DNA of 50,663 bases, filler included, from Basidioascus undulatus (GCA_000826855.1; 3 parts of 3 records of this genome joined end to end with filler, not necessarily neighbours in it), one strand, 5' to 3'; counted from the first letter of the whole stretch, positions 34,835-47,669 are shown. Translations and numbers: made by a program. The notes: generated from the sequence alone by a model not told the origin.

Positions 34835-36354
34835 ATGTCGGTCCCCGGAATCTCACCAAAGGACACCGACCGTCTGCGCCTCGCACTCGTCAGTACCCAG
34901 TGTCCTCCCAGCCCCTAGCAGTACAGCATCATCCAGCGACTCACCAGGTGTTTCCCCCGGTGCAGGCGCTCGCCCTCGCTCCCCTCGCGCCGGCGCACGT
35001 CCCTACTTCCGCCTATGTCGCTTCTCTTCCACTCATATTTCCTGAATCTGGGAGATCACGGCCCCATTCCGAGCTGCGCGCGCTCCTGCGCGAGCTGGAC
35101 GCGCTGGGACGGGCGAACGCAGAGCTGAGCGCGCGGGTGGTCGTTCGTGCGTCTGCATCTTCCCCTTTTCACTCTCCCCCCCTCCTTCTGTTACTGAAAC
35201 ATGTAAAACGCTCCTAAGAATCTGATGCAGCCCTGAAGAAGCGCAAGAAGAAGCCCGGCGCCGGGGAGGAGGAAGAAGCAGCGAGCAAGCGGCCCCGCGT
35301 CCGCCCGAGCGGGCTCATGACCGGCGTGCTGGGCCCGTGGGCGGACGGGGTCGCAAGCGAGCGGGACGTGTATGCGCTCGAGGCTGTTTTGAGTGGAGCG
35401 AAAGGGGGTGCGCCCGATCTCGTCTGTCCGAACTGGCCCGGCTGGCAGCACTAACTGTGTGGTGAACGAAACGCAGTCCGCGACCCCATCCCCGTCCTCC
35501 CCTCGCTCAACCTCCTCCACACGCTCCAGCATCTGGAGCGCACAGATGCCACACACCTCCCCGCCCTCCTCTCCTCAACTACGCACGTCCTGCGCTCCGT
35601 CTCCGCGCTCATCCACTCGCTCCCATCTCCCACCGCCGCTGAGCCCGCCCCCTCCTCTTCCCCTGCTTCGACAGCCACCCCCGACTTCCGCGTGCCCATC
35701 ACCCACCCACGCCGACTAATCGGAACGCTCTCCGCCCTCCTTCTCTTCGCCCTTACCGAAGCCTTCGAGCACCTCACGCGCCTTCCCCCCACGGGGGACG
35801 TCCGCGCCGCGCGGGGGGAGATCGAGACCAGGGTGTGCACGCTCATCCTGCGGCCGCTGGTCGTCTCCCTCTTGCCCATCTCCACAGCCCTCTTCGTCCC
35901 CACCATCCGGCCTGACGCAGACCCCCGCTCAGAAATCACCGACCTCCTCCTCCGCCTCTCGTCCCTCCCCTGCCCCACACTGCCCGCCTTCCTCGCTCAT
36001 GCATGCGCCCAAGCACTCCTGCACCTCCTCCGCTCCCCCTCCTCCTCCGCGCCCACTCTGGCAGAAAAAGATACCCTCTACTATCTCGTCTCTATCCTGC
36101 GAGAGTCGTTCGTCCGCCGCGCGGAGGGCGCCCTGGGGGAGAAGGCGAGGGAAGACGTGAGGAGGGTTATTGCACCTGTTGGGGGCAGCTTGGCCCGGGG
36201 GGTGAGGGAGAGATGGGGAGAGGCGGTGGTGGATCTGTTGGAGGAGCTGCTGAGGGTAGCGTGGGTTACGGATGCGAGTGAGCGGGCGGGGGAGGGCGTG
36301 TTGGATGCCGGCGAGGCGCAGGGGTCTGACAGCTGCAAGATAGCTGCAAGCTGA
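34835..36354 (+). CDS. Hypothetical protein, multi-exon, Leu-rich helical with basic NLS-like segment
   Basis: Coding-like GC-rich exons with GT-AG introns: MSVPGISPKDTDRLRLAL|VFPPVQALAL..., LKKRKKKPG...KRPR, RRLIGTLSALLLFALTEAF...; no family recognised, ends uncertain. Confidence 0.55.
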
Positions 36355-36699
36355 AACGCTGTGGGATGGAATGGGACATTCATCGCGTTTCGCTCGCACG
36401 GAAGGAGAAGTTTGAGCCATAGCCTGACGATTCTGGGAGATAATTTTTGAATTGCAGCATCTGGGATACCTCAGATCCCCTGATGCGGAACGGAGGTCAA
36501 GCAGGTGTGCGATACGACTGGTAGGTCAATCTGGGCCGGTTGCGTCACCTTCAGCGTGATGGTGGTTCCGAACTGAACGGGGACCTGCCCTTTGGGATCG
36601 ATCAAGGACAACATGGTCGTCTAGTATGTGTGGCCGAGTCCTTGATATAGGTGATAGCTGCTAGGGGGCCGGTTGGGTGGACAGTGAATCGACCACCTT

Positions 36700-37920
36700 C
36701 CGGTTCTTCCCCAACGTTTCAACGGCGAACCAACCATGCGAGTGCACGTATTTGTACTGGAATGTGGCCGTGGGTGCGTGCTTGTATGGATGCATCTCAA
36801 GATGCTTGGTGGCGCTCGCACAAAGTCCTCAACGGGCTCGGAACGACCAGCACGCAGTACGCTTCCGATTCCTGCATCACATTCAGCTCTTACATGAGGG
36901 TCTCACCCGTGGAGTTTGCACTTACGTGATACAACAACCACAATAACTTACGCAGTGCCCTCAACACGGTTTCCTATTTCATGCGCAACTACACGAGCCT
37001 GATGTGAGGCCGCATCCTTATCGTTCTCATTATCAACTGACACAGACAACGTCACGAAGCAGACCGCACATTCCGACCAAAGTGGCCGACGCGGTCGGGA
37101 CTGGTCGCTTCGCATACTGGATGTACAGCAATGAAACTACTGCCCAATCTGGTGGAGTATAGTGCGCAGATCTTTTCCCCCTCACGGGGACCCTCTCAGA
37201 AAGCCGTTGGACAGGGTTTCTGCTCGGGCGGAGTCGCTCGCCCTGAATCCTCCAACGCCTACCGTTTCCTCCACTGCGACGAGCATGGACTCTCCATCCT
37301 CGAGTGTGCGTCAGAGTAGTTTTATCCATTCCCGCAGTGCGGTAATGTCTAACCTGCCTCATGCAGCTTCTTCTAACCTGGGTGCCATTGTCGGAGGCGT
37401 CGTCGGAGGTGTGGTGGGCTTACTCGCCATCGTTCTCGTGCTGTAGCTGTTGGTCGTGCGTCGCCGGAGACGTGTCTCTGCCGGAAGGCGCGAAGTGGAC
37501 CTTGAAGAGGAGTACAAGGACGAGACAAATACTGATGATACGGTGTCTGTTACCCGGCACCCAGATGCGCCCTCCACCAAAGCGTGGGCTGACTGAAATC
37601 CCGTCCTGCAGACCCTCCAAGCGGCCCGCCTATCGCTCCTTTCACCGCCTATCCTAGCACGGTCGACGGATTAACGTCAGCTGGAACCGCGGCCTCTACA
37701 GCTGTGGGCCACAGGCGTCAGGCGTGGCGAGTCGCTTTTCGAAGCCCCGACCCGGCGGCGCGCAGATACTATAGCGCGCCTGGGAGCCGCAGGAGGAAGA
37801 CGCAGGGATTCGTCTTGCTGGCGGGCTCCAGAGAAGTAGGAGATGCTTGAGGTAGAGTTGGATCTGCGGCCGCTGCCGGCGTATCGTCAGTACTACGGGT
37901 ATTATCTGAGATGTGAATGG
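36700..37920 (+). pseudogene. Probable decayed single-pass (type I) membrane protein gene
   Basis: Cys-containing segment (QPCEC...), Ser/Thr stalk, NLGAIVGGVVGGVVGLLAIVLVL-TAG(37444-37446)-LLVVRRRRR, and C-terminal EEDAGIRL and PLPAY motifs in different frames; boundaries approximate. Confidence 0.5.
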
Positions 37921-38388
37921 GTGGACAGCAAGGAGGGATTGCGGTTGTTTTTGCCTGCGCTATCTACTCATGTACCTGTTGTTGAGCTGCATCTTCATCG
38001 GGATTGTGCCGGTGAATTAGTCGTGAATCCTGCCAGCTTGCAGAGTATCATGTTCAGCATCGCCTAGATACCACTGAGACTGCGCTTGAATCTGAGAACA
38101 AGCTTGTTTGTCCGGCCCTTCCGAACGAACCTGGCCTTTTCTACTTGGGAAGCGATATGCGATGGAGCGACGGCCATCCATAAGTGTCGAGCCTGCCTGA
38201 AACCTCGTTAATAGAGACAAGTTTCGAAGCGTGCAGCGCGCAACTTCAGAGATTGTTCTCTGGCCCCCGTACAAAGTGATCAGGAGAAACTGCTTGCACA
38301 TGTCGTGCTCAAATGCACTGAAATTGTCTGAAAATTGTCTGCCAGTCCGATATAGCGATGTCCCTACTCATCTATCTCCCATATTACC

Positions 38389-41300
38389 TCAGGCGCGGGC
38401 ACCGTGCTGCTGCAGGATCAATCCCTCCGACCGATCGGCCGCCGCCGAGCCTCTGCCCACCCACTGGTCGAGCCACCGGAAGATCTCGTTGTGCCAACGG
38501 AGGCTGTTCCCCGGCTTGAGTACCCAGTGGTTCTCGTCAGGCTGCATGTGTTCAGTCAGTGACTAGCTAGGAAGAGGAATGGGACGTTCACTGACGAAGG
38601 TGAGGTAGCGCGACGCTGCAGCCAGCCGACATCAGCGCCTCTATAAATGCCAGCAATAATCAAACAATGCACGTACGGACTCCGCGCCTGAATTACACTT
38701 TCAAGTCAGCATGTATAGGCGTGGCCGCACGGCGCTCTCAACGTACCGCTGGAGCTGATTGAACATGGCCAGTCCCTCCCCCTCAGTCAGGCGGTAGTCT
38801 GTAAATGATCATAAATGAGCCGGATTCGTTCCGAGTTGTGGATGCGGGCACGGGCGCACCTTTGCTGGAGTGAATAATCAAGTGCGGCGTAGTCATCTGC
38901 TCGACAAAGTTGGCGGGGTTCCACTTTTCATACGAGGTCTGAGGCATCAGGCCCATAAATGAGCGCACTGATCTGTCTGAATGAAGGGAAATAGGACGCA
39001 CCCCCTTCTCCCATGGCAGACCACCAAACTCGCGCTCGGGCTGTGCCCTGTTGTCAGCATGGAACTTGTGAGAACGCTCAAAGGCCACATACGAACTGCA
39101 CGTCTTGGGTCAGCATGCACACATCAGAACAAAAAAGAGGGAATGTAAACCCACGTAAATCTCCTCAGTTGTGTAGTAGGTGTTGAGGGTGGAAAACACG
39201 CCATCATGGGTAAAGAACGCCTTGAAGCCGGGCGTGTTGTGCGCGTTCATCCAATTAGAGCTGTAACCTCCATACGATGCTCCTCCCTACATCGGGACAA
39301 GGCAGTAACGTCAGGGCCGCGTAGAGCAAAATCAGCAATTGCACGTACGCAGGCCAGCCGCTCGGGATCAACTTCCGGGTAAAGGCGCAGGACTGCAGCG
39401 GCGCCGGCGATCAGGTCCTTCCATGGGCGACCGCCCCACTCGTTCTGGATCGCGTCCGTAAAGTCTGTCATGAACCGGAGGAAAGACCTGTCAGTCCTGC
39501 ACATATACGTGATTCGGTCTGCCTGGACACTGAGTCGCCAACACGGTACGCTGGACCCAATTCGGTGAGTGAGCCAGAAAGACAAACCTTGGCCAAAGCC
39601 AGTAGAGCCAGTCGGGTTAACCGTCACGACAACGTAACCCTGCGAAGCGAAGACGTTGGGGTTCCACCGCGTGCTCCACGAGTCCGTCCACGCGCCTTGA
39701 CTGCCGACACACAAACTTCAGTTAGACACGGACACGGAGAAACAGGAGCGGACGTACGGTCCACCGTGGATGAGGAACGCGAGCGGGTACTCTGCTTTAG
39801 CACCGCGGTTGAAGCCCGGAGGCCGAACGACCCAGGCGTGCACGTCCTTGCCCTCGGCGCCCTATCGATTTCGACCTCATGTGAGAGCATCAACATCTCA
39901 GCAAGGCGAACAAAACGTACGGTGAAGAAGATCTCCTCGCCCTCGTCGAGCCGCTTGCCCTCGAGCGCCTTCGTCGAGAAGCTGGACACCTGGCGGAGGC
40001 CACCCTTCTTCTCGAGGACGAAGATCTCGTTAGGCGAGGTCAGACTCGACTGAGTGAGGACGATACGGCCGTCGGCGAGGGGCGCGACCCCGGAGGTGGA
40101 GTGCTTGGAGACAAGCGCCTTGGGCTGGGACGGCTTGAAGTCCTCCAGCGAAGACGGCACGGGAAGCGAGAAGAGCTTGACGTGCGCTTCGTCCTCGGCG
40201 GTGAAGTAGAGCATCTTGCCGTCGGGGGAGAACTGCCGGAGATTATGAGGTTGAGTCAGTAGCGGCCCATGCCTAATCCGGGGAACGTTCGAAGACGCAC
40301 GACGAGGCTGCTGGCACTCCGGTCCCACTTCTCGGTCAGGCCGACTTTCTTGCCGCTCTTGATATCAAACAGCATGATCCGGTTACTTTTTTTCCGTCGG
40401 AAGTCTCCTTAGCACATGAAGTGCTGAGGTCACGGCTCAAGCAGAAACAATTACCGGTCGGACTCGTAGCCGTCGATGCGCTGCTCGCACCACGCGACGA
40501 GATGTCCGTCCGGCGAGAAAGTGGGGTTGCTCGTCGCGCCCTGCGTGCCGCTCGTGAGCTCACGGGGCTTGCCCTCGTTCCGGAGGGAGACAAGGTAGAT
40601 CTGCATTCCAAAGGAACGAGGCGATGGTCGTTAGCCGGGCGTCGCTCATTTTGGAAGTACAGAAGACGAGTAGTTGAAGCATACGCACGTTCTGCCTCGT
40701 GTGCCAAGCTGGGTTGACATGCGGGTCCTTCGCGGTAAAGACGACGTCGCGGGCAGATACGTCAAAGTCATCCGCGCCGCCGAAAGGCCCAACAGGCGCG
40801 GACTGTCTCGCAGAGTTCAGCATCAACCAAGCTACTTCAGACAACAACAGGCAAGCAGAAGCTTCTTACCAGATTGGAGTCGTTCAGAAGCGGAACGAAG
40901 GAGGTGCTGAAACGGTAATAGCCCTTTCCGATGTGGAGGTGCGAGACGTCAACTGAGAACAGCTTGCTGAACTTGTGCGGGTTGATACTGTATCCCAGCC
41001 CTGCGTGTCAGCAATATTCCGAGCGCAATCATATCCCTTCTTTCTTTCTTACAAGGTGTCCCAGTGGCGCTGTTTGATGAGGGGAAAGTCAGCTTAGTCC
41101 ACATCGAGGGACACGCATAACGCTGCCACTTGCCACAAACGTGGAGTCGTAGACTTCGCCAGTGTCGTCGCGCTCCTGTGGATTCGAGATTTGGTTATTT
41201 GGGTACATCTAACTATAAGGCTGAAGAACGCGTACCTCGTAAGCCTTGTCCTGCTCGACAACAGTCTCGAGGTCGCCGTCCTCCCAGACCTCAGCCGAGA

Positions 41301-42033
41301 AGACCAGCGTGCCATCGCGGAACTTGAGATTTCCACTAGATATTATGTACCAGTGTAAGTAGCTCTTTCTCGGGTAGTTGAACGCAAGAAAGCACTCACA
41401 CGGTAGCGGGGAAGCGACCAATCAAAGAGTCCCCGAGCGCTTCAGTGTCTACCTCCGTCTCGTCCGCCTCCGCCGCCTGTACAGGGTAGTCGATCGCCCG
41501 AGCGCGGAGGGTGGAGATGTCTCCGTCCTCCTTGAGGTAAGCAATGGTGTGGTCGCTGCACGTACAAGTGCGTGAGCGAATGGGATGAGACGATCGAAGG
41601 ATCCTTCCTCACTTGAGCCAGAAGTACTCATTCGCGTCAGTGAGTAGCGGAGTGAAGTTCGGCGATGCGATCGATGAGACGTAGATCGATTTAGTCGTTC
41701 TGTTAGTGAAGCATAGCGGGCAAATGAGCGGACGCAGGATCATGATGTGAGCCATGAAGGGGCTTTGGCGACGTACTTGCGGTCCGCGAACGAGTGCTGC
41801 GAGACGCTGATGGCGATGTGCTTGCCTGAAATGAATCACCGTTTAGTCTTCCATCGAGCTGGTAAAAGGGTTGAGAACTGACCGTCGGGGCTGGGCACTC
41901 CCGTCCCAGGACGAGGCAGCTCGAGCAGCTCCTTCGGCGAGATACCCTCTGCGACCGAGCTTTGACTCTCAGTCATAGCCGCTGTTAGTCCTGCGGTGGC
42001 GAGTAAGGCTGGAAGGATCCGACTGCCGCGCAT
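38389..42033 (-). CDS. Secreted dipeptidyl-peptidase V-like S9 serine peptidase
   Basis: Signal peptide [55 protein letters not shown], nucleophile [41 protein letters not shown]; stop at 38389-38391. Confidence 0.93.
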
Positions 42034-42244
42034 GGTCGGTGGTCGAAAAGAAGAGGGAAGAAAGAATTGTTGCTGATGATGGCGAGGAGTCGGGGAATGA
42101 AACGCGTGGCAGGCAGCCGCACGCGATCCGGCTGACACCAGCCCGTATCGCCGCCGCGCCGCGTTTCTCGCGAACCACTCGCTTCGCGTCCACCATTTGT
42201 CCCACTGACCATCCTACCATCAAAGCTTCCCCATCGTACACAAA

Positions 42245-43926
42245 ATGACCTCCATTCTAACCCCCGTGCAGCTCGAGCAGGTCAGCATCTGCTTTCGATC
42301 GAGCCGCCCTCCCCTCGACGCTGACGTGACGGGCGGCCCGGGGGTTCTTATCGCCTCCGCATTGCCTGCAGTTCGAGCGGAACGGCTACCTGCTCCTGCC
42401 CAACTTTTTCACACAAGATGAGACGAACGAGATGCTCGCGCAATCGAAGAAGCTGGTTTCTGAGTTTTCGATGGAGAACCACCCGATGACGAAGTTCACG
42501 CCGGGCGACACGGTACGTCTGACTAGCGTTTCATCGCACTGAAGCGGCGGGACCCCAGTATTGGTCGACGATCCGAAGTCTTATGCGCGTGGACCCGGAT
42601 TCTGTTACAGGAAAACTCAAAAGAGTACCATGTTGGCGACGAGTACTTCTTGAACAGCGGCGACAAGATCCATTTCTTCCTCGAGCCGGATGCGGTCGGT
42701 CCGGACGGGAAGCTCAACAGGCCCAAAGAACGTGCTGTGAACAAGGTCTGTTTGCCATGTCTTTCCGACTCCCTGGAGGCAGACCGGACTGACTATAGCC
42801 CGAGTGCCGATGGATCTCGCCTGACAGTTCGGCCACGGCCTGCACATGCTCGACCCCGTGTTCAGGAAGTACACGCTCGAGGACCCGCGCGTGCGGCAGA
42901 TCACTGCCGACCTGGGCCTGCACAGGGACCCGCGCATACTGCAGTCCATGGTCATCTGCAAGCAGCCTTCGATTGGGGGCGTAGGTGCGTCTCGGCAGGA
43001 GTTGCTGGGACAGCGTCATTCGGGACGTGCTCACCAGGGATGCGTCTTTTCAGTGCCCTTGCATAACGACTCGTATGTTCCTTCGTCGGCCTATGCATCT
43101 TTGAATAGATCTCTCACTAGAAGATGGGCTCGCCCGTCCCCACGACAGCACGTTCCTCTACACCTCCCCGCCCTCCGCCGTGGGTCTCTGGATACCTCTC
43201 GAGAACTGTACTCTCGGTGCATCCAGTGACCCTTTCCTATCTTCATGCTGCGCCTTGCTGATTGCTGTCCCTATCTCCAGCGAATGGGTGTCTCTCCTTC
43301 CTGTACGCATCCACTGTCGAGCGACATCTCCGCGGACGCCTCGCACCACGCATGCGCAGCTTACTCCTTTCTCTAATTGTCCTACTTCGACACAGGCCCG
43401 GTTCCCAAAAGACCACGCGCATCACAAAGCGTCTCGTGCGCCTCCCGGGCGGGGGGACAGGCTTCGAGCAGCTCGAAGCCGACGACCCGCGCGTGGACGA
43501 CCCTGACGCGGACGGCCTGGTGGCGGCTGAGATCGATGCGGGTCCGTTCTGGATTCCGCTGAAGCGGGTTGATAGCAAAGATAGAGATGGCTGACTGGTC
43601 GTGGGCGCGAAGGCACCCTCGTCCTCATCCACGGTTCGGTGCTTCATCGGTCCAGCAGGAACACGTCCGACAAGTCGAGGTTCGCTTACACGTGCGTCGC
43701 TTCAGCTTGGCGCGTAACGGGATGTGGTGCTGATTCTTGGTTCTGGTGATGCGGACTTGAACAGGTTCCACATCATCGACGGCGAGCTCGAATATGACGA
43801 GAAGAACTGGTACGTCCGCTCTTTGCGCGAATCGGCGGTGTTGCCCATAGCTAGAGCTTGTGAGACGCCCACGATTGCAGGCTCCAACCCACACCTGAAG
43901 CGCCATTCTCGAAGCTGTTTGGCTGA
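42245..43926 (+). CDS. Phytanoyl-CoA dioxygenase (PhyH) family Fe(II)/2-oxoglutarate dioxygenase, PHYHD1-like
   Basis: FERNGYLLLPNF, YFLNSGDKIHFFLE, AVNK-FGHGLH, QSMVICKQPSIGG, HNDSTFLYT (HxD), NGCLSFLPGS, GTLVLIHGSVLHRS (distal His), SRFAYTFHIIDG, NWLQP. Confidence 0.93.
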
Positions 43927-44144
43927 GCTTGAGGAGGGTGGAAAGCGGGATACATTCGATGCTGTACATCTTCACCCACTGAGCATGTCTTCAAGCACTT
44001 TACACAAGCCACCACACGTTCTTCACCGCGTGCGTTTGGCATGAGAATGTAATGTGCTCGTTATGCATCATCATTGAGTTCAAGAAGCGGTCATCATGCG
44101 AAGTGTCCCTGGTACTCCCTCAACCCCCCACACATCCAACCCCC

Positions 44145-44548
44145 TCAAGAAGTGTGACGCCCGCTCGTCTTGTCCTCAATGCCCTCCGCAGTCTTCTTCG
44201 CCGCGTCCAGTGCCTGTAAGCCCAAAGCATGCCCACCCTATCAGTTCGCCGACCGACACACCCGTCCACAGCCCACCAACAACAAAGAGAACTGACGCAC
44301 CGCCGACGCAGCGTTCCCGGCAGCCCCGCTGTCCTGGTGGGTGCTCTCCCCCTGGAAGTACTCTAAGAAGGCGCCCCCAATGATCTCCTGTTCAGCCCAA
44401 GGATCCACACGGCCTTTGGGAGACGGTACTCACGTCCGCGCTGCTCAGCGTCGGGAATGCCCTTGCTCCGGTCGCCCTTCACGTTGGAGGTGCCCATCGG
44501 CGTGGACTTGGAGAGGGGCGGGGACTGGGTGCCGGATGCAGCGGACAT
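44145..44548 (-). CDS. Small hydrophilic protein of about 80-90 aa, three exons
   Basis: ATG at 44548; GT-AG introns join MSAASGTQSPPLSKSTPMGTSNVKGDRSKGIPDAEQRG / ...ESTHQDSGAAGNAASA / ALDAAKKTAEGIEDKTSGRHTS-stop in one frame; first acceptor ambiguous. Confidence 0.65.
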
Positions 44549-45301
44549 GGTTGCTTTTGAGTTGGTGCTTGTGGATGGAAGGGAAATGCGGTAAGCGATG
44601 GATGTGGTAGAGAAGCAAGGAGCGAGCGACGGTCCCAAAGTCGTGCTGTGCTGCTGGGGAGGAGTGGATGACGTCGCTTCGCTCGTCTCCAATCTCCAGG
44701 GGACTTGCTTACGGCTCCGCTGAGACGCATCAGGGCCTGAAATCTGCGGAGGATCAGCTGTGTGTAAATGATCTGGTGAGCACTTGATTATCTCCAACGC
44801 GGGGGTAAAGCAGAGCCTTACGCGACTGTTGTTCTTGGAAGGTGTGCGAGGGTCGTTTCACCCGGCCCCAGTGCAGCCTCGAGTTGCTCGATGCCAACCA
44901 CATCGTAGTCGAAGCCGCTACCGCTCGACTTCGCTCCGGTTTCCACATTGAGAAGCCTGCATCCTGGTATTCTCCTCTTAGATGTTCCATTCACCTATAA
45001 GCCATCGCATCTTCGCGTTACTTGGAACCTCGGCTTGCGATTGCGTCACGTGTCCGGCGCGATAACCGAGACCGTGTGCAACAGCACCGGTCCCGTTTCG
45101 AGGTCTCCTTACCCGCTCACCACCACATTCGATTCTCTAGCAAGATCCTCATTTGATCTTCTCGAATTCTGCTCATCATGCGGACTCCTATCAACGAGTC
45201 CTTCGTCAACCTCACTCTCGGAACGGACGGCGACGTCCACCTCTCGGACTGCGAGCCCGCCACATGGCCCTCTCCCATTCCGCACCCACAGATCACGGCG
45301 C

Positions 45302-47669
45302 ATGACCGCTGGGTCTCAGCCAGTTGCGTTTTCATCGCCCGCTCACCCTCTCTATCCAGGTATCGGAGACCTTCACCCGCTCACACCCCGCCAACGCTCA
45401 GACTCGGCCCCTACCACCTCGCTCGAAACGATCCTGACCTCGCACCTGCGCACGCTCTACCCTTCCCCGACCTACACGCTCACCACCACCCGCTCGCCCG
45501 AGATCGACCTCCAGGCGTTCGCAGCGTCTCGCGACTCGGGTCTGAAGCTCCTCCCGGCGGAGGCAGACGGGGAGCTGGCGCTCGACACGCGGCTGCGCTA
45601 CCTCCGTCCGGCGCGGCGCGCGGACGGGCCGGGCGGGGTAGGCCGGGAGGCGCTTTGGGCTGTTTGGGATGCCGAGTGGATCGGGGAGAGGCTGAAAATC
45701 TATATGGCTGAGGTGCGCTGGTTTGTCGTCGGCTCGCTTCGTTTCAGGAACGTTGTTGCTGAACTGGTGGTCGATGCGGACGGCAGTGGGCGGAAGGCTA
45801 CTCCTTCATTAAGCAGTATTGGTTTGCATCCGTAGGGAAGAACGCGGAAACACCAGCCAGGACTCTCGTTCTCGCCGCCGGGGCCGCAGCTACCGCGTCA
45901 GTACTTCCCTATATTTCATCGACTGAACACTGTCCCGATCTTATTTTGTCCCTCCCCTTCTCTCTCTCTATCTCCCCTCTTCTGCTACCTTTCCTCAAAT
46001 CAGGCTTGGAAAGGAGATTTTCGTCTTTGACGGCGGGTTCTGGCGCAAAGATGCGGATCTGTGGAAGGTGCGCCGCCAAACCAGCCAACCCCCGCCTTCT
46101 CGAGCTTTTGCACCCATCGCTCGTCCGTATAGCAACCGGCTGACCTGTCGGATGACCGGTATTCTTCAGTCGGTTCAAAAATCCGACTGGAAAGACGTCA
46201 TCCTCAAGGACGACTTCAAAGCCGCTATCCGGCAGGACGTCGAGGGATTCTTCAAGTCGGAACAGGTGTACAAGGATCTTGGTTCGTCTTTCGACAGGAG
46301 CTGAGGGAGACGTGTAGAATCGGTGTTCTATATTTGCTAATAATATTGGCGGTGTTCAGAGGTACCTTGGAAGGTATGAGGTCTGAAACCGGCTTTCGTG
46401 CTCCGCCTCCGACTGAAGCTGAAATACGGGGGGACTTGATGTGCTGTAGCGTGGTGTCATATTCCTGGGTCCACCCGGTGCGTCATTGACTGCTCACCAA
46501 CAAGAAATCATCTCTCCTCGCCGCTTCTGTATGCAGCAAGGGGAACGCTGACATGCGCAGCGCGGTCGCATGAGCAGGAAATGGCAAGACGATCAGTACG
46601 TCCTCCTCCTTTCCGATACATTCTCCCCTATACACAAACTTATGCTCTACCTGCCCGCAGGCCTCAAAGCGCTCATAAAATCGACTGGACAGCCGGCGCT
46701 CTACGTCAAGTCATTCCGCAGTGCGTTTCCAACAGGTTTTCGCACCCACACCCGGCCTTTCCGGTTCTCCCGAAGTTCGCGCTGATATATCTTCGTCCTT
46801 TTTGTGCTTTACTTCCTTTTGGCCCTAAGGCTACGGCGGCGACGAGCGTGGCATCCGGGACATCTTCGTGCAAGCGCGTGCCGTCGCGCCATGCGTACGT
46901 CTGCTGCCTTCGCTTCCACTGCGGTCTAACTTTCGTCGGCGGTGATGACTGATGCTTGAGTCGCTTCGCTTGGGGGTGAGGAACAACAGCTTCTCATCAT
47001 CGAGGACCTCGATAGCGCCATCACGGAGCAGAATCGGTCGTTCTTCCTCAACGAGGTTCGCCTGAACCCTTCGCGTTCACGAGCGTCTGCTGACGTTACC
47101 CGTGTTCAGGTCGACGGTCTCGAAGATAACAAAGGGCTATTCATCATCGGCACTGTGCGCTTTTCCCGATCCCGCGCTTTTGTTTCCCCCTACTGAGCTG
47201 GTTCGCGGTCGTAGACGAACCACCCCGAGAAGCTTGATGCCTCAATCACGAGCCGTCCCTCGCGCTTCGACCGCCGGTACACCTTCCCGGACCCTGACTT
47301 TGAGGAGCGCAAAGCCTATGCGCTGTACTGGAAGTACGCCTCATCGTTCTAACCCACTCGTCTCCCGCTACCCTGCTACCATCCTTTTCGCCTCAGTCGC
47401 TGATTAACCTTATTGATCCTCCTTCAACTCCGCAAAGGGACAAGCTTTCCTCGAACAAGCACATCTCCTTCCCCGACGCGCTCGTGGAAAACGTCGCGCG
47501 CTCAACGGACGGCTTCAGCTTCGCGTTCCTCAAGGAGGCGTTTGTGTCGACGCTGCTGCTCCTCGCTGCGGACAAGGACAAGGAGCCCGCGGGGCGGGGG
47601 TTTGCGTCCGTGCTCAAGGAGCAGATCAAGTCCCTGCGCAAGCAGATTGACGAGGGCGGGAAGGAGTGA
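45302..47669 (+). CDS. Single-domain AAA+ ATPase (fungal family, uncharacterised)
   Basis: [18 protein letters not shown] (Walker A), [11 protein letters not shown] (Walker B), [25 protein letters not shown] (SRH), [11 protein letters not shown]; start could instead be ATG 45178. Confidence 0.88.
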
